Assembly (NCBI GenBank): GCA_010015805.1
Contig: ML978122.1
Span: forward strand, 1,150,453 to 1,214,452
Length of the DNA: 64,000 nt
Reading direction: 5' to 3'
Origin: Rhizodiscina lignyota
Taxonomy: Eukaryota
The translations under genes and the position numbers were made by a program. Positions 1-11,993 of this stretch are shown here, in pieces (within the stretch, counting starts at the first letter, position 1; every line of letters begins with the position of its first letter). The notes under the pieces are model-generated. The model worked only from the letters and a program-made list of their open reading frames with translations, did not search any database and was not told the origin of the DNA.

Positions 1-462
1 CTTGGCAAGACATTTGAAGAGCTGGGCCCGTATCAGGATGATGCGATGGAAATGGTGGTATGGGTCAACTCTGGAACTGGGAAGGTGGTAGTCAGCGTGG
101 ATGTGCCGAGTGGCGTAAACGGCAGCACCGGTGAGATTTTGCTTGACATGCTTTACATTTATCCACCTTCGTTGACCGATCGTGCTGCAGGCGAGACCAA
201 CTATGACGCTTTGAACGCGGGACCATTCGCCATCAAGGCAAAACACATTGCCTGTGTCGGCGCCCCGAGGATCGGTCTCCTCCGCGCCCTTCAGCGAGCG
301 AGCAACCCTGCGTCAGGCGAGCCCCGTCCCGATTGGTCTCTATGGGCCATCGATATCGGCATCAACAAGGCCTGGAAGCAGTTCGGATCGGTGGGAGGAA
401 GAGGAGTGAGATTTGGCGGCGAGTGGGTTGCTCCAATCACATTTGTGAGCGGAGAGGCCTAA
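1..462 (+). CDS. EDC3: 3' end of enhancer of mRNA decapping protein 3 (YjeF-N domain), partial
   Basis: VVSVDVPSGVNGSTGE ... KHIACVGAPRIGLL ... LWAIDIGI ... GVRFGGEWV resembles the fungal Edc3 YjeF-N C-terminus; in-frame 60-nt intron 131-190 (GTGAGA...GCAG); gene starts before the window. Confidence 0.75.
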   Translation, partial: LGKTFEELGPYQDDAMEMVVWVNSGTGKVVVSVDVPSGVNGSTGEILLDMLYIYPPSLTDRAAGETNYDALNAGPFAIKAKHIACVGAPRIGLLRALQRASNPASGEPRPDWSLWAIDIGINKAWKQFGSVGGRGVRFGGEWVAPITFVSGEA

Positions 463-1052
463 GGAGTCGAACTTCATACAGTCACACGCTTGGGGAAATT
501 ATGATGCTCTTGGATGGGATGCGCTTGAGGTTTTGCTTGGCATAGCGCAGGCGTTCTTGAATTTTTGAGGATTACCTCTGGATTTTTGCTTAAAAGCTTC
601 ACGATTGACGACAATGCTTGTCGAGACTTCGAAAGAAGGCCGAGGAATGACACGTGCGGCCTTGTCGCTTTCTCAGGCTTTCTTTGTGTTGTACAGTAGT
701 AAGTACCGCCCTCACTTTGGCAGTACAGAGGACAATCAATGACATGATCCCATACATTTTCAAATCTTTGCTTGCTATCTGATCCGGTGAGAGGTATTCT
801 AATCTCTCGCTGGAAGTGGTGTCGATTGCTCGCAGTCTCTGAGTACTGGCTTCGACCGGTGACAAACAGGTTCGCCGCCGCTTTCAAGACGCCGAACAGC
901 TAGAATATATGGCTTCTACAACGAATACAGCGTACAGGTTTTCCAAAGGTCAGTTGTTGCTATTTACACTCCAAAGAACGTAGCCCTGCGCTTTCAGATA
1001 TAATCTTCCTTTCGTCTTCAAGGATAAGCACTATCCTGGCCAGCTTTGTGAA

Positions 1053-1851
1053 CTACCATATGGCTTCTCCATGCAGCCATTCCTTCATCCAGGATACCTG
1101 CGCATTTTTTGCTCTGACCATCGCTCTGCGTTCCTTCACGTCCTTTGGGTTGCCCCGGGTTGCAAAAGCATGCGAGACGCCAGAGAAGTACTGGTAGTCA
1201 TACGGTAGCCCCTTCGTCGGGATAACGTCATTTGCGTACTTCTTCAGCTCTGGTGTGAACGTCTCGTCGTGTTCTGGGGCGACGATCTGTACTGGAACAC
1301 CGATGTCATCGATGTATTCCTTCGACAGCCAGGTGGGGTGCGCAGTGGAAACGCAATTCACAAGAGGTGGATCATGTCTTGGACCCGAGGCGAAAGCCAG
1401 ACCATCCGCCGTAGCAGTAGCCAATCACTCCGACGCGTTCATATTGCGATCTCAAGGCTTGGGCGCACGAGAGAATCTCGGGCCAGCGCATCTCGGGGCC
1501 ATTACGGCCAACCCAGGATTTCAAGTCGAACGCCGAAGGTCCTTTCTCGGCTAGTATTTCGCTGTCAATAACTTCACCACCAAAGCTAGATTCTGTGAGA
1601 ATCCTGATGAGTTTCTGAGTCCGGTATGGGACTTACAAGTCCGGCAGATAGACAGTCGCGTCAGCCTCTTTCGCATAGTGATCAGATAAGAGCCTCGTGT
1701 TCCAACCAAACAGGTCAGCAATGACCATTATGGCAATCTTGGAATTTGAGCCCGTGATGTAGGCATTGTTATCAGCCAGTTTTGCCTCTTTGCCAATAGG
1801 GGTGCCATCCCATTCGAACCCACGAAGGCAGCATTCCGACGGTCCCGGCAT
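1053..1851 (-). pseudogene. Dienelactone hydrolase family gene with an apparent frameshift
   Basis: Exon 1 MPGPSECCLRGFEWDGTP...YLPD, intron 1586-1636, exon 2 FFGGEV...GVIGYCYGGW (nucleophile motif). It then hits TGA at 1372-1374, while the conserved HDPPLVNCVSTAHP...HAFATRG C-terminus continues in another frame. Confidence 0.75.
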
Positions 1852-2726
1852 TGTCAGCGTTGGCTTTTCTTCCAGAATCACAAGCGAAGAGAGTGATAGT
1901 GAGAATTACTCCGATGGATTGACTTTGACAGATGAGAGATCACCGCAATTAATACAGGACGAGTTCACAGCACGGATGAAATAGAAACCGAGAGGATTAA
2001 TAATGTGACAACCACGACCGACGTCCCCTCGAAGGAAATCCAGCGGAAATACGAAATGAGATACCTACGGAGACTTTCGATCTGCTCTTTGAACGCAGGG
2101 CAAACGCCAAGTTCATCCAGCCGTACCGAAGAAGCAGGACGCGGCGCGCGACGCTAGCGGTACCAGCAGCGGGAGTGTGGGGAATCGAGCGAGGCCAGTA
2201 AGTTTAAATACTGCTCGACACTCGAGCCCGGCATTGAGCCGATAGACGGGTTAGCACGTGGTGGATGGGGGCCTCGTCTACTTTTTCGTCTGCGGCGGAT
2301 TGTCTCCCCATTGGAAAAAGCCAACCACCAGTCCACGTCATTAGTTTACCCTGCAACATGCCCGCCGCATCATCATGCATCTCTCAGCTGAGTAGGTTCA
2401 CGGATCCGTGGAGGGTGCGCGGCCACATGTTCAATACGAGCTTTCTCGGCCAGTAACCTGTGCGGCGCAGTTGAACGAGTGGCTGTGTGGCTTATCGGCT
2501 CGACAACTCCGAAGCCGTTGCAGCCTTAAGGTTGGCGCCAATTCGATGCGGCCGGGTGCTCAGCCTTAACTTCAGACGCGCAATGCAGAGAATGATAAAG
2601 CGCATGTCTGCCTGAGATAACAGGAATTCTTAATCTTCCAAGGAGTGGAAACTCGACGTTGCGCACAGTTTTGCTTCAATCCCCCTGTGTACTCTCCCTT
2701 CCCGCTCTCTTTCAGGCAGACGCATC

Positions 2727-3370
2727 ATGGGGAACGATAACTCCAAACCCTCCGTCCACAAGAGACTCTCCAAAGCAATTCCATACATAGGCTGGGAGTA
2801 TGAGCACGGGTACCATGATCAATCGCAGAGGGTCTTCCAAGGCGACAAAGACAGAGAGCAGTTCATATGCAAGTCACCCTCAAGATACCCCTTCTACTCC
2901 ATCATTATGTCAATTCGAATGAGGCTGACGGGTCGACAGACGCTGTAATGGCCGTCGCCACAAACAATGGCCTTGTCAACCTTGAAGACCACGAGTTCAA
3001 GCTCCTGTACTCGCGGCGGGAAGACCGCGACGACCACTTGATTGCCAGAATCGTTGCAATTAAAGACGGCGTGATTGACGCAAAGATTGAGCCCCTAATG
3101 GATGGTGAGGATCAAGTGCAGGCATTCAAGGCGTTGAGAAAAGATGTTGAAATCAAACTCGATCGCTTGCTTCAGCAAATTCCTGATCGAAATTTCACGG
3201 CGGCAGGTCCAAGCACTACCAGCACTACCGACGCTACCAACGCTGCCAACACAACGACTAGTACGAGCGAGAACCAGCCCAGGAGGCCCAGGAGGTCTGG
3301 TACAGGCGCGGTGGAGGCACCTCCGGCATACGAGAGCACAGATGTGGACATGACGGCGCGCAAGTCTTGA
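2727..3370 (+). CDS. Hypothetical protein with N-myristoylation-like start (MGNDNS) and C-terminal PPAY motif
   Basis: The two ORFs join in frame (..FI-Y-AVM..) via a GC-AG intron 2869-2939 (GCAAGT...GCTGAC...CAG). Confidence 0.7.
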
Positions 3371-4297
3371 TTGGAAGTGTGAAGGTTCATGAGATGACAT
3401 TCTATTCTCCCAGTTGCGTCATCAGCTTGGCATTCTTCTTCATGGTTTATGATATACTCCTCCCTCATGATGGTTTACTGTTTCCAGGGAACTCAATCTT
3501 TGATTTCTGGCCGTACTTTAGTTGATTCGTACACTGCCACAATACCCAATTTCAAAGCTCATCAAACCCGTTACTCTTCTTGCAATATGCAATGCATTAC
3601 GGAATTGTGAGAAGGACTAAAAGATTTCTCCCATGCGAGATACTATCAGGGGAGGAGCCTCCATATAAGTAGGCAAATTAAGAGGTAACAGCTCAGAGCT
3701 GACAGCCGTGCGCTGCTGTGCAATATATCACTAGCCGCTATTCGCACAAATTGTTGGAGTAATTGTTGGTGTAATCGCTTCGCTGCCACCTATAATACCT
3801 GAGCACGAGAAGTTTCGATCAACTAGGAAGGAAATAAATAATAGGCTGTGTAGGAAGGAAGCCATTTCCTTAAACAGAAACCACTAGTTTTCCGGGTTCA
3901 GGATTCAGCTGGGTTAGGTTTTCTTTTCTAGCACGACGATTGGCGGGGCCCTGGGGGTCGGTCGCTGATACGATCCATAAAGAGGATAGTGCGCTTTATG
4001 GCTTTGCAATCGCTCTTCATGCCTTTTTCACAAACATCTTAAACTTGATAGTCAGCTAGAAGCTACTGAAGCAATCTTTTATGGGTCAAGTATGGTTTTG
4101 TACGGAATGTTAAGGATAGTCTCGGCTTGAGTCATTGACGAGTTTGTGGGATCTTCTCACTTAAATCCTCTGGCAACAGAGTCGCATCATGTTTCTATCT
4201 CTTGTTTCCATTCTCTGCGGTGATAGGACTATAAGTGCTCGCGGAAAAGGACATAAATTGTCTAAGTCCAAAGCCTAACAATCGTTCAATAGCAAAA

Positions 4298-5376
4298 ATG
4301 ATACGGAAAGAGTACATTTACAAAGACGTCGATGGCGTCCAAATCGGCGCGGATGTCTATTACGACGAAAGTACATCCGATAAGAGTATTCCCATAGGTA
4401 AGTCAAATCATTTAACTACTATTTCCTCATACTGACGGCTAACTTCTTCGCACAGCTCTATACTACCACGGTGGTAACTTTACTGTTCGCACCAAAGAAC
4501 AGATGGTAAAGGGCTACATTGAAAAGCTGCTTGAGCTTGGATTTGTGGTTATATCTGCCAATTATCGCCTCTGCCCTACAATCAAACTCTTTGACGGACC
4601 CGTCACTGATGCCTTGGACGTTTATCGATGGGCTCAAGAGACTCTGCCAAATATCTTGAAACGAGATGCAAACTTGTATGTTGACGGGACCAGAATCGTT
4701 ACCTTTGGGCATTCTTGCGGAGGTACATTGGCGCTTTTAGCGGTAACTACACAACCCTCTTAGCACACATCTAGAATTGCGGTTTGCTATACAGTCGCCG
4801 GTCAAACCTAGGCATAGCTGATACGATCGAAATCAGGCCAATCTCCCACACCCCCCTTGCGCAATTCTAGATGTGTACGGCATGAAGTACTTGCAAGATC
4901 CGAGGTATCACACACGATCACCTGCGACAGCAAACCTCCCTCCAATCAATCTAGCTATTGTTGCCGAAGTGTGGAAGCAACTTCCTCCTCCAACAAGTGG
5001 CCCACTGCCCAGCGGACCCAACGGGCCAAATCTAGGGGATGCCAGAGTCGCGTGGATGTTCCAAGCATTGAAAGACGGCACCCATATCGAGCAAATTGTC
5101 CACGACGGTAACTATGAGCGCGTTGATCCGGCTTTCTTGTTCTCCAAGATCCGATTTCCTCCCACTTATTTCATCCACGGAAGCGCAGACACCTCCGTCA
5201 GCCCGGAATTTTCTCAGCGCGCATGTGAGCAGTTGAAGGGTGCTGGAGCGGAAAGTCACTTGGTGATAGTGGATGGCGCTCCACACGGTTTTGATGCAGC
5301 GGCCCTGCCCGGGGATGAATATTTTGCCATTGTGAGCAAAGGTCTTGAATTCCTTAAAGCGCATATCATATATTGA
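4298..5376 (+). CDS. Alpha/beta hydrolase (HSL/Abhydrolase_3-like esterase)
   Basis: HGGNF oxyanion motif, ANYRLCP, GHSCGG nucleophile, PPTYFIHGSAD, HGFD; two introns (~4398-4456, ~4743-4836). Confidence 0.9.
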
Positions 5377-6002
5377 GCCTCAAAGCCTATTTCTCGCTGG
5401 AAAAGAGATAATTGGGCATGCATTTTTCAGGGCTGAAAGCTTTTACGATATCAATGGTTAGTCGCGGGGTGAACAGCCCCGGGCTCAGCTTCGAAAGCGG
5501 AGCTGCAGTTCGCTTATTACTTGGAGCCTTCAGGAAAAAGTTTGATGTCGGAGCTGAGATGTTGATCGAATCAATGGAAGCCCTCTCCGCACGGCGGGTT
5601 TCGGTATGCGGGTTGAACTCCATACAAGCATAAATTCAAGCTTAGGACGGCCGACTAACCTCAAAGCTTGATCCGTGGCCGTGGTGAATTAAGGTTCTGG
5701 ACAGGTCTGAAAGATTCAGCTGCGGCTACCATGCAGTGTGTCCCGGCTGAACTGGTTCGATATTTGCCCTTGTGGCGTCGTTAGAAGCTCGTTTAGCTGG
5801 CCCAGCCGCCCAAGTCACAAGTCCGAAGTCACATCGAGTTAGCCTTACCACAACGGGCAATCTGGATCAAGACCACATGCACAATCCATCATGATGGCTA
5901 TCAAGAATACCGATAGAAGGGGATAAGCCGTTCAAATTACATGGAGCTTATAAGTCAGCATGTATGGACTACTATGGGGGTTGTTTGTCGACCGTTGGGA
6001 GA

Positions 6003-6950
6003 ATGCGTTTCACGGCCTTTTTGCTGGCTGCGGGCTCCGCGAGCTTCGTAGCAGCAACGAGCAATGTGTGCACTGAATTAATCTACCGTGTGTTCCTGCC
6101 GCTCTCTACTTATGCACCGGCTCAATCATTTTGTTCATCGCATTATCATGAGAAGCCACGCACCACCGTCACTGTGACAGACAAAACCACAAAAGTTGTG
6201 GAGGGAACTACCACAGAGACAGACCTCTCCACCTCGACTCTTTCCACCACGACGACGGTGGACACCGAAGAACTCACGACGACGGTATCAACCACAACTA
6301 CGACGAGCACAGCCACCGTCCCGGACACTCTGGTGAAACGGCACACGAGTGACAAGCACACGACGTCCACCACAACGTCCAAGACAACGACGAAGCCAAC
6401 AAGCACTAAAGAGACTACTACTACCTCTGCCACCGGCCCAGGTGTCTTGCTCTCCAAGCTCGAAGCCGAGGCGGCCTCCTTCTTGAGCACGCTGTGCTCC
6501 TGCATCGAGTCGCCCATCAGCGCCACCACAACGCTTGAGAAAACCAGCACAACGACCGACAAGAACGGCGCGACGGTAACGACCATCATCGGGACCATCG
6601 TAGACGAGACAGACACCACCACCCTTACCACCGGCACCTCGACCGTCACAACGACCAGCACCTCGACAACAGTCTTCACGACGACCACTATGTGACCGAC
6701 CCCCGCGGCTGGCGCCTGCAGCAATGTGCAAAACTGTGCGCCGGGTCTCGAGTCGGGCGACAACTGCGGTTGCTTGGTGGATGCGGATGGCTATTCGGCG
6801 TGTGCCAACCTGGTGTCGTGCGCCACCCAACCCCAGCCCGCCTCTTACACTTCGAATGAAGACTGTGCCGGGTACTCGGGCACGCGATGCGTGCCATTTT
6901 GCTGTCCGGGTTTTCAATTTGTTTGTTTAGATGTTACAACGTGCGAGTAG
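6003..6950 (+). CDS. Secreted Thr-rich protein with Cys-rich C-terminal module, interrupted by in-frame TGA at 6693-6695
   Basis: Signal peptide MRFTAFLLAAGSASFVAA, Thr-rich tracts, LVKR Kex2-like site; same frame continues after TGA with 84 codons rich in Cys. Confidence 0.7.
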
Positions 6951-8141
6951 GCGAAAGGAGAGGGGGAAGTGTGCTGATCCAAGGATGGGCAGGTCGGCCA
7001 CATCTCTCATTCTGTCTTGGAATTACTCTCTTCATGACATTTAAGAGGATGAACGACAAAAGCAGGGAAGATTTCGTTAGATGATCGGCATAGAGCCAAA
7101 GAAAAGAAAAAGGAATTAAACAATCTTAGACGGTTTTAATGTTTCCATGGTGCTCAGATTTTGGCGCATTGAGTCAAAACATTAGGAACTGAACGTCGCA
7201 TATTGAAAGGAAACAAACAGCTCCTGCTTCTGCGATGAGAGTTCTGCGAAGGGATTACCATGTCCAGGTTCCTTTGGACATATGATCTCGTGTGGTGCGA
7301 CAAAGGCGGCCGCTGGCGGAGCAGTGCGGGTGAGATGCTTCCAGGAGCAGCCACTTATGCCGATCAGCTCCTGATGAGATTAACGACATTACGAAATGGA
7401 TCCCAATCTATAGTCTATACACGCTTTCGTGAATCTCGAAACGGAATTGTCTAGTCATAAAAAATGCGCTTCTTCGGTCCTGTGACGTGTGCCGCAAAAG
7501 GTAGGCAGGCTTGTCCCTGAACTCCTCGAATCTGCTTCCACATCAACAAAGGGTCGAGAACAGGAATTTGGTACCAAATCAAAAATGATTAGTCTGAGAT
7601 CCGGTGGAGACATACCATCTATGTAGGAGGGCTTCCAGCAATATTACGGAGGACCTTTTAAAGGCCCCTGAAGCTTCCGATGCCAAAGAAGGACGATTGC
7701 TAAAATTTATATCAATTTTAAGATGGACGGACAAAGACTGACAAGAGTTCTATGCTTGCCGATCTCGGCTTCCTTGTGGGTCCTTGCCGATATCCTGGCG
7801 AGCCGGAGAGCTCACCTTTTCTCAGAGCCAATCCTCGTGCCACTTCTCAACTTCTGTCCTTTCGAGAAAGAGGTCTGAATTATTACATAACAGTTCGTGG
7901 CTCTGCACATGGCATATACTTATGCGCCGCTTCAGTGACATCACGCTTGATGGTTGTCTTGTGCGAAATGAAGTGTAAGCTGACTGAGGAACAGTGGAAC
8001 GTCCAGGATTGCACCTAGTTGCGCGAGTCCATGCGTAAGTTAAGGGCACGCGACGCTCGGTTTAAAGAATCAAGGCTCGCAAGTATGAAGTAGACACGTA
8101 ACAATGAGTATTTCGAGTCGTTTCTCTATTCATCTTTCAAT

Positions 8142-8930
8142 ATGAGGTGGCTATCTACAGCAGCATTACTTGCACTCATTGGCTCTGCCTTTGCCGCAGA
8201 TAATACAGCTTCGAGCACCAGTTTCATTCCCCCGGCACCTACACAACTCGGAATTGTTTGCGCCCGTTTCAGCGAAGATCTACGGATATGGCTCCCATTC
8301 GAGAAGAATACCTACGTCTACGACAAAGGCACCTTCGTTGACGCAAACGACACCGTCAAACATGAGGATTTTCGCTCGTATGTGAAACTGAACAACACCG
8401 GACGCGAAGAGAAGACGTACCTCTACCACATCCTCACGCATTGGAACGACCTCGACGATATTACCCTGTTTACACAGGCCAGTCCGGACCTGGCGGCTCC
8501 AGCGGCGAATACGACAACCCAAATGGTCGAGATCGCTCTGCATACGAAAGAGGATGAAGTGAACAATATCAACCCGGATCTGTTCCACGCACTCGCCGAA
8601 TGGAAGACGATCAACTGGAGTAGTCCGTTCGAAGCCGGATGGATCACAGCAAGCCAATTATCGTCCCTTACAAGAGTTCCTTATACCATGGGAGAGTACT
8701 TTCAATATGTGCTCGGCCAACCTCACCCCACTGCGATCCTCGCCACCCACGGTGGAATAGCGGCCGTCACGCGCGACACAATCAAGAAGAATCCAAAAGA
8801 GGTGTATGAGAGGGCATTCCAGAGGTTCGAAGAGTCGCCGTTCGTCAACACCGAAGTTGGCTTTTATCAAGAGAGATTATTGGCACCAATGTTCAGCAAG
8901 CGCTACTGGTTGGGACCGGTAGGACAGTGA
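8142..8930 (+). CDS. Secreted DUF3431-like protein
   Basis: Signal peptide; LNNTGREEKTYLYHILTHWNDLDDITLFTQASP and C-terminal FYQERL motifs as recalled for DUF3431; intronless. Confidence 0.75.
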   Translation: MRWLSTAALLALIGSAFAADNTASSTSFIPPAPTQLGIVCARFSEDLRIWLPFEKNTYVYDKGTFVDANDTVKHEDFRSYVKLNNTGREEKTYLYHILTHWNDLDDITLFTQASPDLAAPAANTTTQMVEIALHTKEDEVNNINPDLFHALAEWKTINWSSPFEAGWITASQLSSLTRVPYTMGEYFQYVLGQPHPTAILATHGGIAAVTRDTIKKNPKEVYERAFQRFEESPFVNTEVGFYQERLLAPMFSKRYWLGPVGQ

Positions 8931-9035
8931 TATATCGCATGGCATGCGGAAATTTTCGGTAAATGAATATGCATTTATGCGGAAGTACTCCGTAAATATC
9001 TATTAGAAGCCGCCCATCTATCTAATCTTGTAGCC

Positions 9036-10867
9036 TTAGGCATCATTTGCACAATCAAATGGTTTGCCTGGAATTTTGTTAGCATGAGAAAAACTTTTTG
9101 ATGGAGTTGAGAACAAAGTTTGTTCTTTACACTTACCAATGCCATTGGTCTGGTTAGAGGTTATAATGCTCTGAATCGTAGCATATGTTCCTCCAACCAA
9201 AAAGAATGCCCCGAAAAGAAGCAGCGAGTAATGGGACCAGTAGAAGACTTTCTGTCCCATCGAGCCTTTACGGTAGGATTTATGATCATAGAGCCAGCAG
9301 GCGCCTGGAATCATAATGGCCAGAGGAGCAAAGCACACAGAGGCATTGAGGGCCAACAAGTAGTTGAATACGGGGATTGCCTCAGCCATGATGAATGAAA
9401 GGGTCCCCAAACCAAAGGTGCAGGAGCTATGGTTGGTTTAGTATATGATGTTACGATGGAAATAGGGATTGACTTACAACCAGGTTATCCAATGAATAGC
9501 AGACTTGGCTTGCAAGTGAGGAGATTTACGGAGGATGCGAACGAACAAATATTTCGAGGCCACGTGAAGGCAAAGCAGCGCAATTGCCAGGAGGCCAGGA
9601 AGCGCGATTCCGTAACATACTTTTTCGATTACAGGTCCAGCGCTCTGTAGATTTTGACATTAGTACACATTCCAGGCCACAACGAAGAGTGCAGGAAGCT
9701 TACGGCGAGAGATGGACTCGTAACCCACTGCCCACACCATCGATAAATGACCAGAGAGAACGCGATGTAGCATGCACCCGAAAACGACATCACAATGATG
9801 ACGGCTTTGTTGAAGTCCTTTGGTCTCTTCATTTCGGCCATCAAGGGGATGAAAGAATTAGCGCCGGCCGATGAGTTGAAGATGTTAAGTGAGGCCACCA
9901 TCCCACTGATGAAAGAAGGACTGCCAATGACAAAGTAGCCAAGCTCGTAGGGCCCGCTCTGAGGTGCAGCGGCTGGGCGGTCGCGCGTGGTTACCGCAAT
10001 GCTGTTGAGAGAGTTATGTTAGTTAAGTGAATCGGTGCGCTCGAGGGTATGTATTTCTTACACTATAATGAATACGGCAGTGAATATAGAGGCAGAGCCA
10101 ATCCAAGTAATCCAGCCCAGGGAGTGGAACTTTGGTAGACTTGCACCCAGAGCGACGACGATGTAGGTAATGAATGACCACCATACAGTGCAAGTAGCAT
10201 GGCTCGAAAGGGCATTCAGGCCAGTAGATACACCCAGGATACTAGCACCCACGGCAAGAATCCAACTAGATGAACATTAGCCTTATTGAATTTCTTCGTG
10301 GTGGGTTGTCTATCACAAGTTCGATTTGTGTACTTACCCGAGGAGGAATAGAACTCCACATGTCTCTTTCAGAACTTTACCACCAAGAATCATCCCCATG
10401 TCGACGATTGAATGGCAGGTGGTATGGTTGTGCCTGAAATTGCCAATGAGGATGGCACAGTCTAGAATCCCTGTCAGAACCAACAAATCGGCTTCTCTTT
10501 CTACAATAACTTACATGTATTCAATAAACCCCATCCTATAACAGACAATGCCCCCCCTAAAGCGCCCAGGGAAAACAAAGTGGAAGGAAGACTGAGGATA
10601 CCGAGCGAGAAAACCACTTTATGGAACAAATGTAAGCATATGGCATTCAAAGCAACAGCACGGGGTAGACTCACCTTTGAACATAACGAACAAAGCTCGT
10701 TTCATCCCAACAGTGCGGTAGTCAATGGCGTCGTCATCCTTTCGAAAGACCTCGTGCTCATTGTCATATACCACGCCATCTTCAACGAGGACGCCGACGG
10801 TGCCAACTTCAACAGAAGACTTTCCGTGGCCCTTCTCCGCGTCGTGACCGAGTTCTTTCTCTGACAT
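9036..10867 (-). CDS. Neutral amino-acid permease (Aa_trans family, mtr-like)
   Basis: Multi-exon; IDYRTVG, GILSLPS, FIPLMAEMKRPKDF, IMAEAIPVFNYLLAL, GKPFDCAND motifs; many TM segments. Confidence 0.9.
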
Positions 10868-11231
10868 TTCAAATTAGATTTTTGGGAGCTTCGATTCAAC
10901 AAGGAGAAAAATTGGTCAACACACGTCGAAACAAGAAACAAAGGGCAAAAAACCCAAGACATATAAGCTCAAATTGACGGCGGCATACATCCCGATGTTC
11001 CTGACTCTGTTGATAAGAATCGTTATCAAGGTATTCGGTAAGACGACAGCCGCTGCATATCGGAATTGCGCGCAATTGGAAAAGGCCAGCGAAAGGGAGA
11101 TAAACGAGTCATAAAGCACACCACTCAAATAATTTCTACAATGATTCCTGTCATTTGATAGGTCGACAATGGATTTGCTGGTGAAAGGAGACAGAACGAG
11201 CTCTCGAGACCAGAACGGGCCAAACCAGAGT

Positions 11232-11509
11232 CACGTGCAGACCAAGGCCGACTCAAACGGAGACTGTTTATGGGTGAAATGGCTGAGGCTGAGGGACTTT
11301 TTTATCACATCTGATAAGATCTGCTTAATCATATCGTAGTCATCAATGTCCTTATCACAACTTCGAGCCTTCCCTCTGATCTAGAACTCCGATCTAGAAT
11401 CCTGGAGTGGATTGAGTCAACAGATCGATAGCTATTTCTTGTTTAGCGAGCTCCTCTTGCTGGCCTCAAGCTGTGACACGTGCAGAACAGGGCGTGATTC
11501 CAACGGAGA
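11232..11509. promoter_or_regulatory. Duplicated ~32-bp module (CACGTGCAGA...AACGGAGA) plus GATA sites upstream of the permease
   Basis: Copies at 11232-11263 and 11477-11509; GATAA/TTATC elements at ~11302-11317 and ~11352 lie between them. Confidence 0.55.
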
Positions 11510-11993
11510 TTACCCATAGGGGAAGTTCCCCAGGGCCCAGATAACCATCCTAAACATAACCTTCAGGCTATCTAGATATGTACCCGCCCGCAATGGGGGG
11601 GAGGCGAAACTGAGCAAGATACCTAAGGCAGTGGAGATGAGACGGGCCCGACATATCGGAGGACATATCGGAGTGAAGAAAAGCGAAAGTGAACCTCAGT
11701 CGACATAAAAAAACTTGTCTATTGTGTGTATAATTACAAATTTGTATTTAATTGATGTATGCATAAGTAAATACCTTAGGTTTTCTTAAAAATTCGAAAT
11801 TTAGGGGCTTCTAGCCCAGGGCGGTCAGTGTTTTAAAGTTGGTAGTACGGAACCGTTGTTCTGGGTGGATCGCGCCTAAAACTAGGTGGCTCTGTCCCCG
11901 TAACTCGGATAGTTCTCCGAGTACCTGGTACGGGGTACAATGCACTCTGCACGACAGCCAGCTTCGGATTGTTTGCAGTCTATGCAAGCTATG

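Noticed and set aside
7752..8018. Short ORF with GSAHGIYL, like a hydrolase His motif
   Set aside because: Single weak motif with no other family signature
11700..11830. AT-rich patch as a possible RIP relic
   Set aside because: Short and located where the P450 3' UTR/terminator is expected
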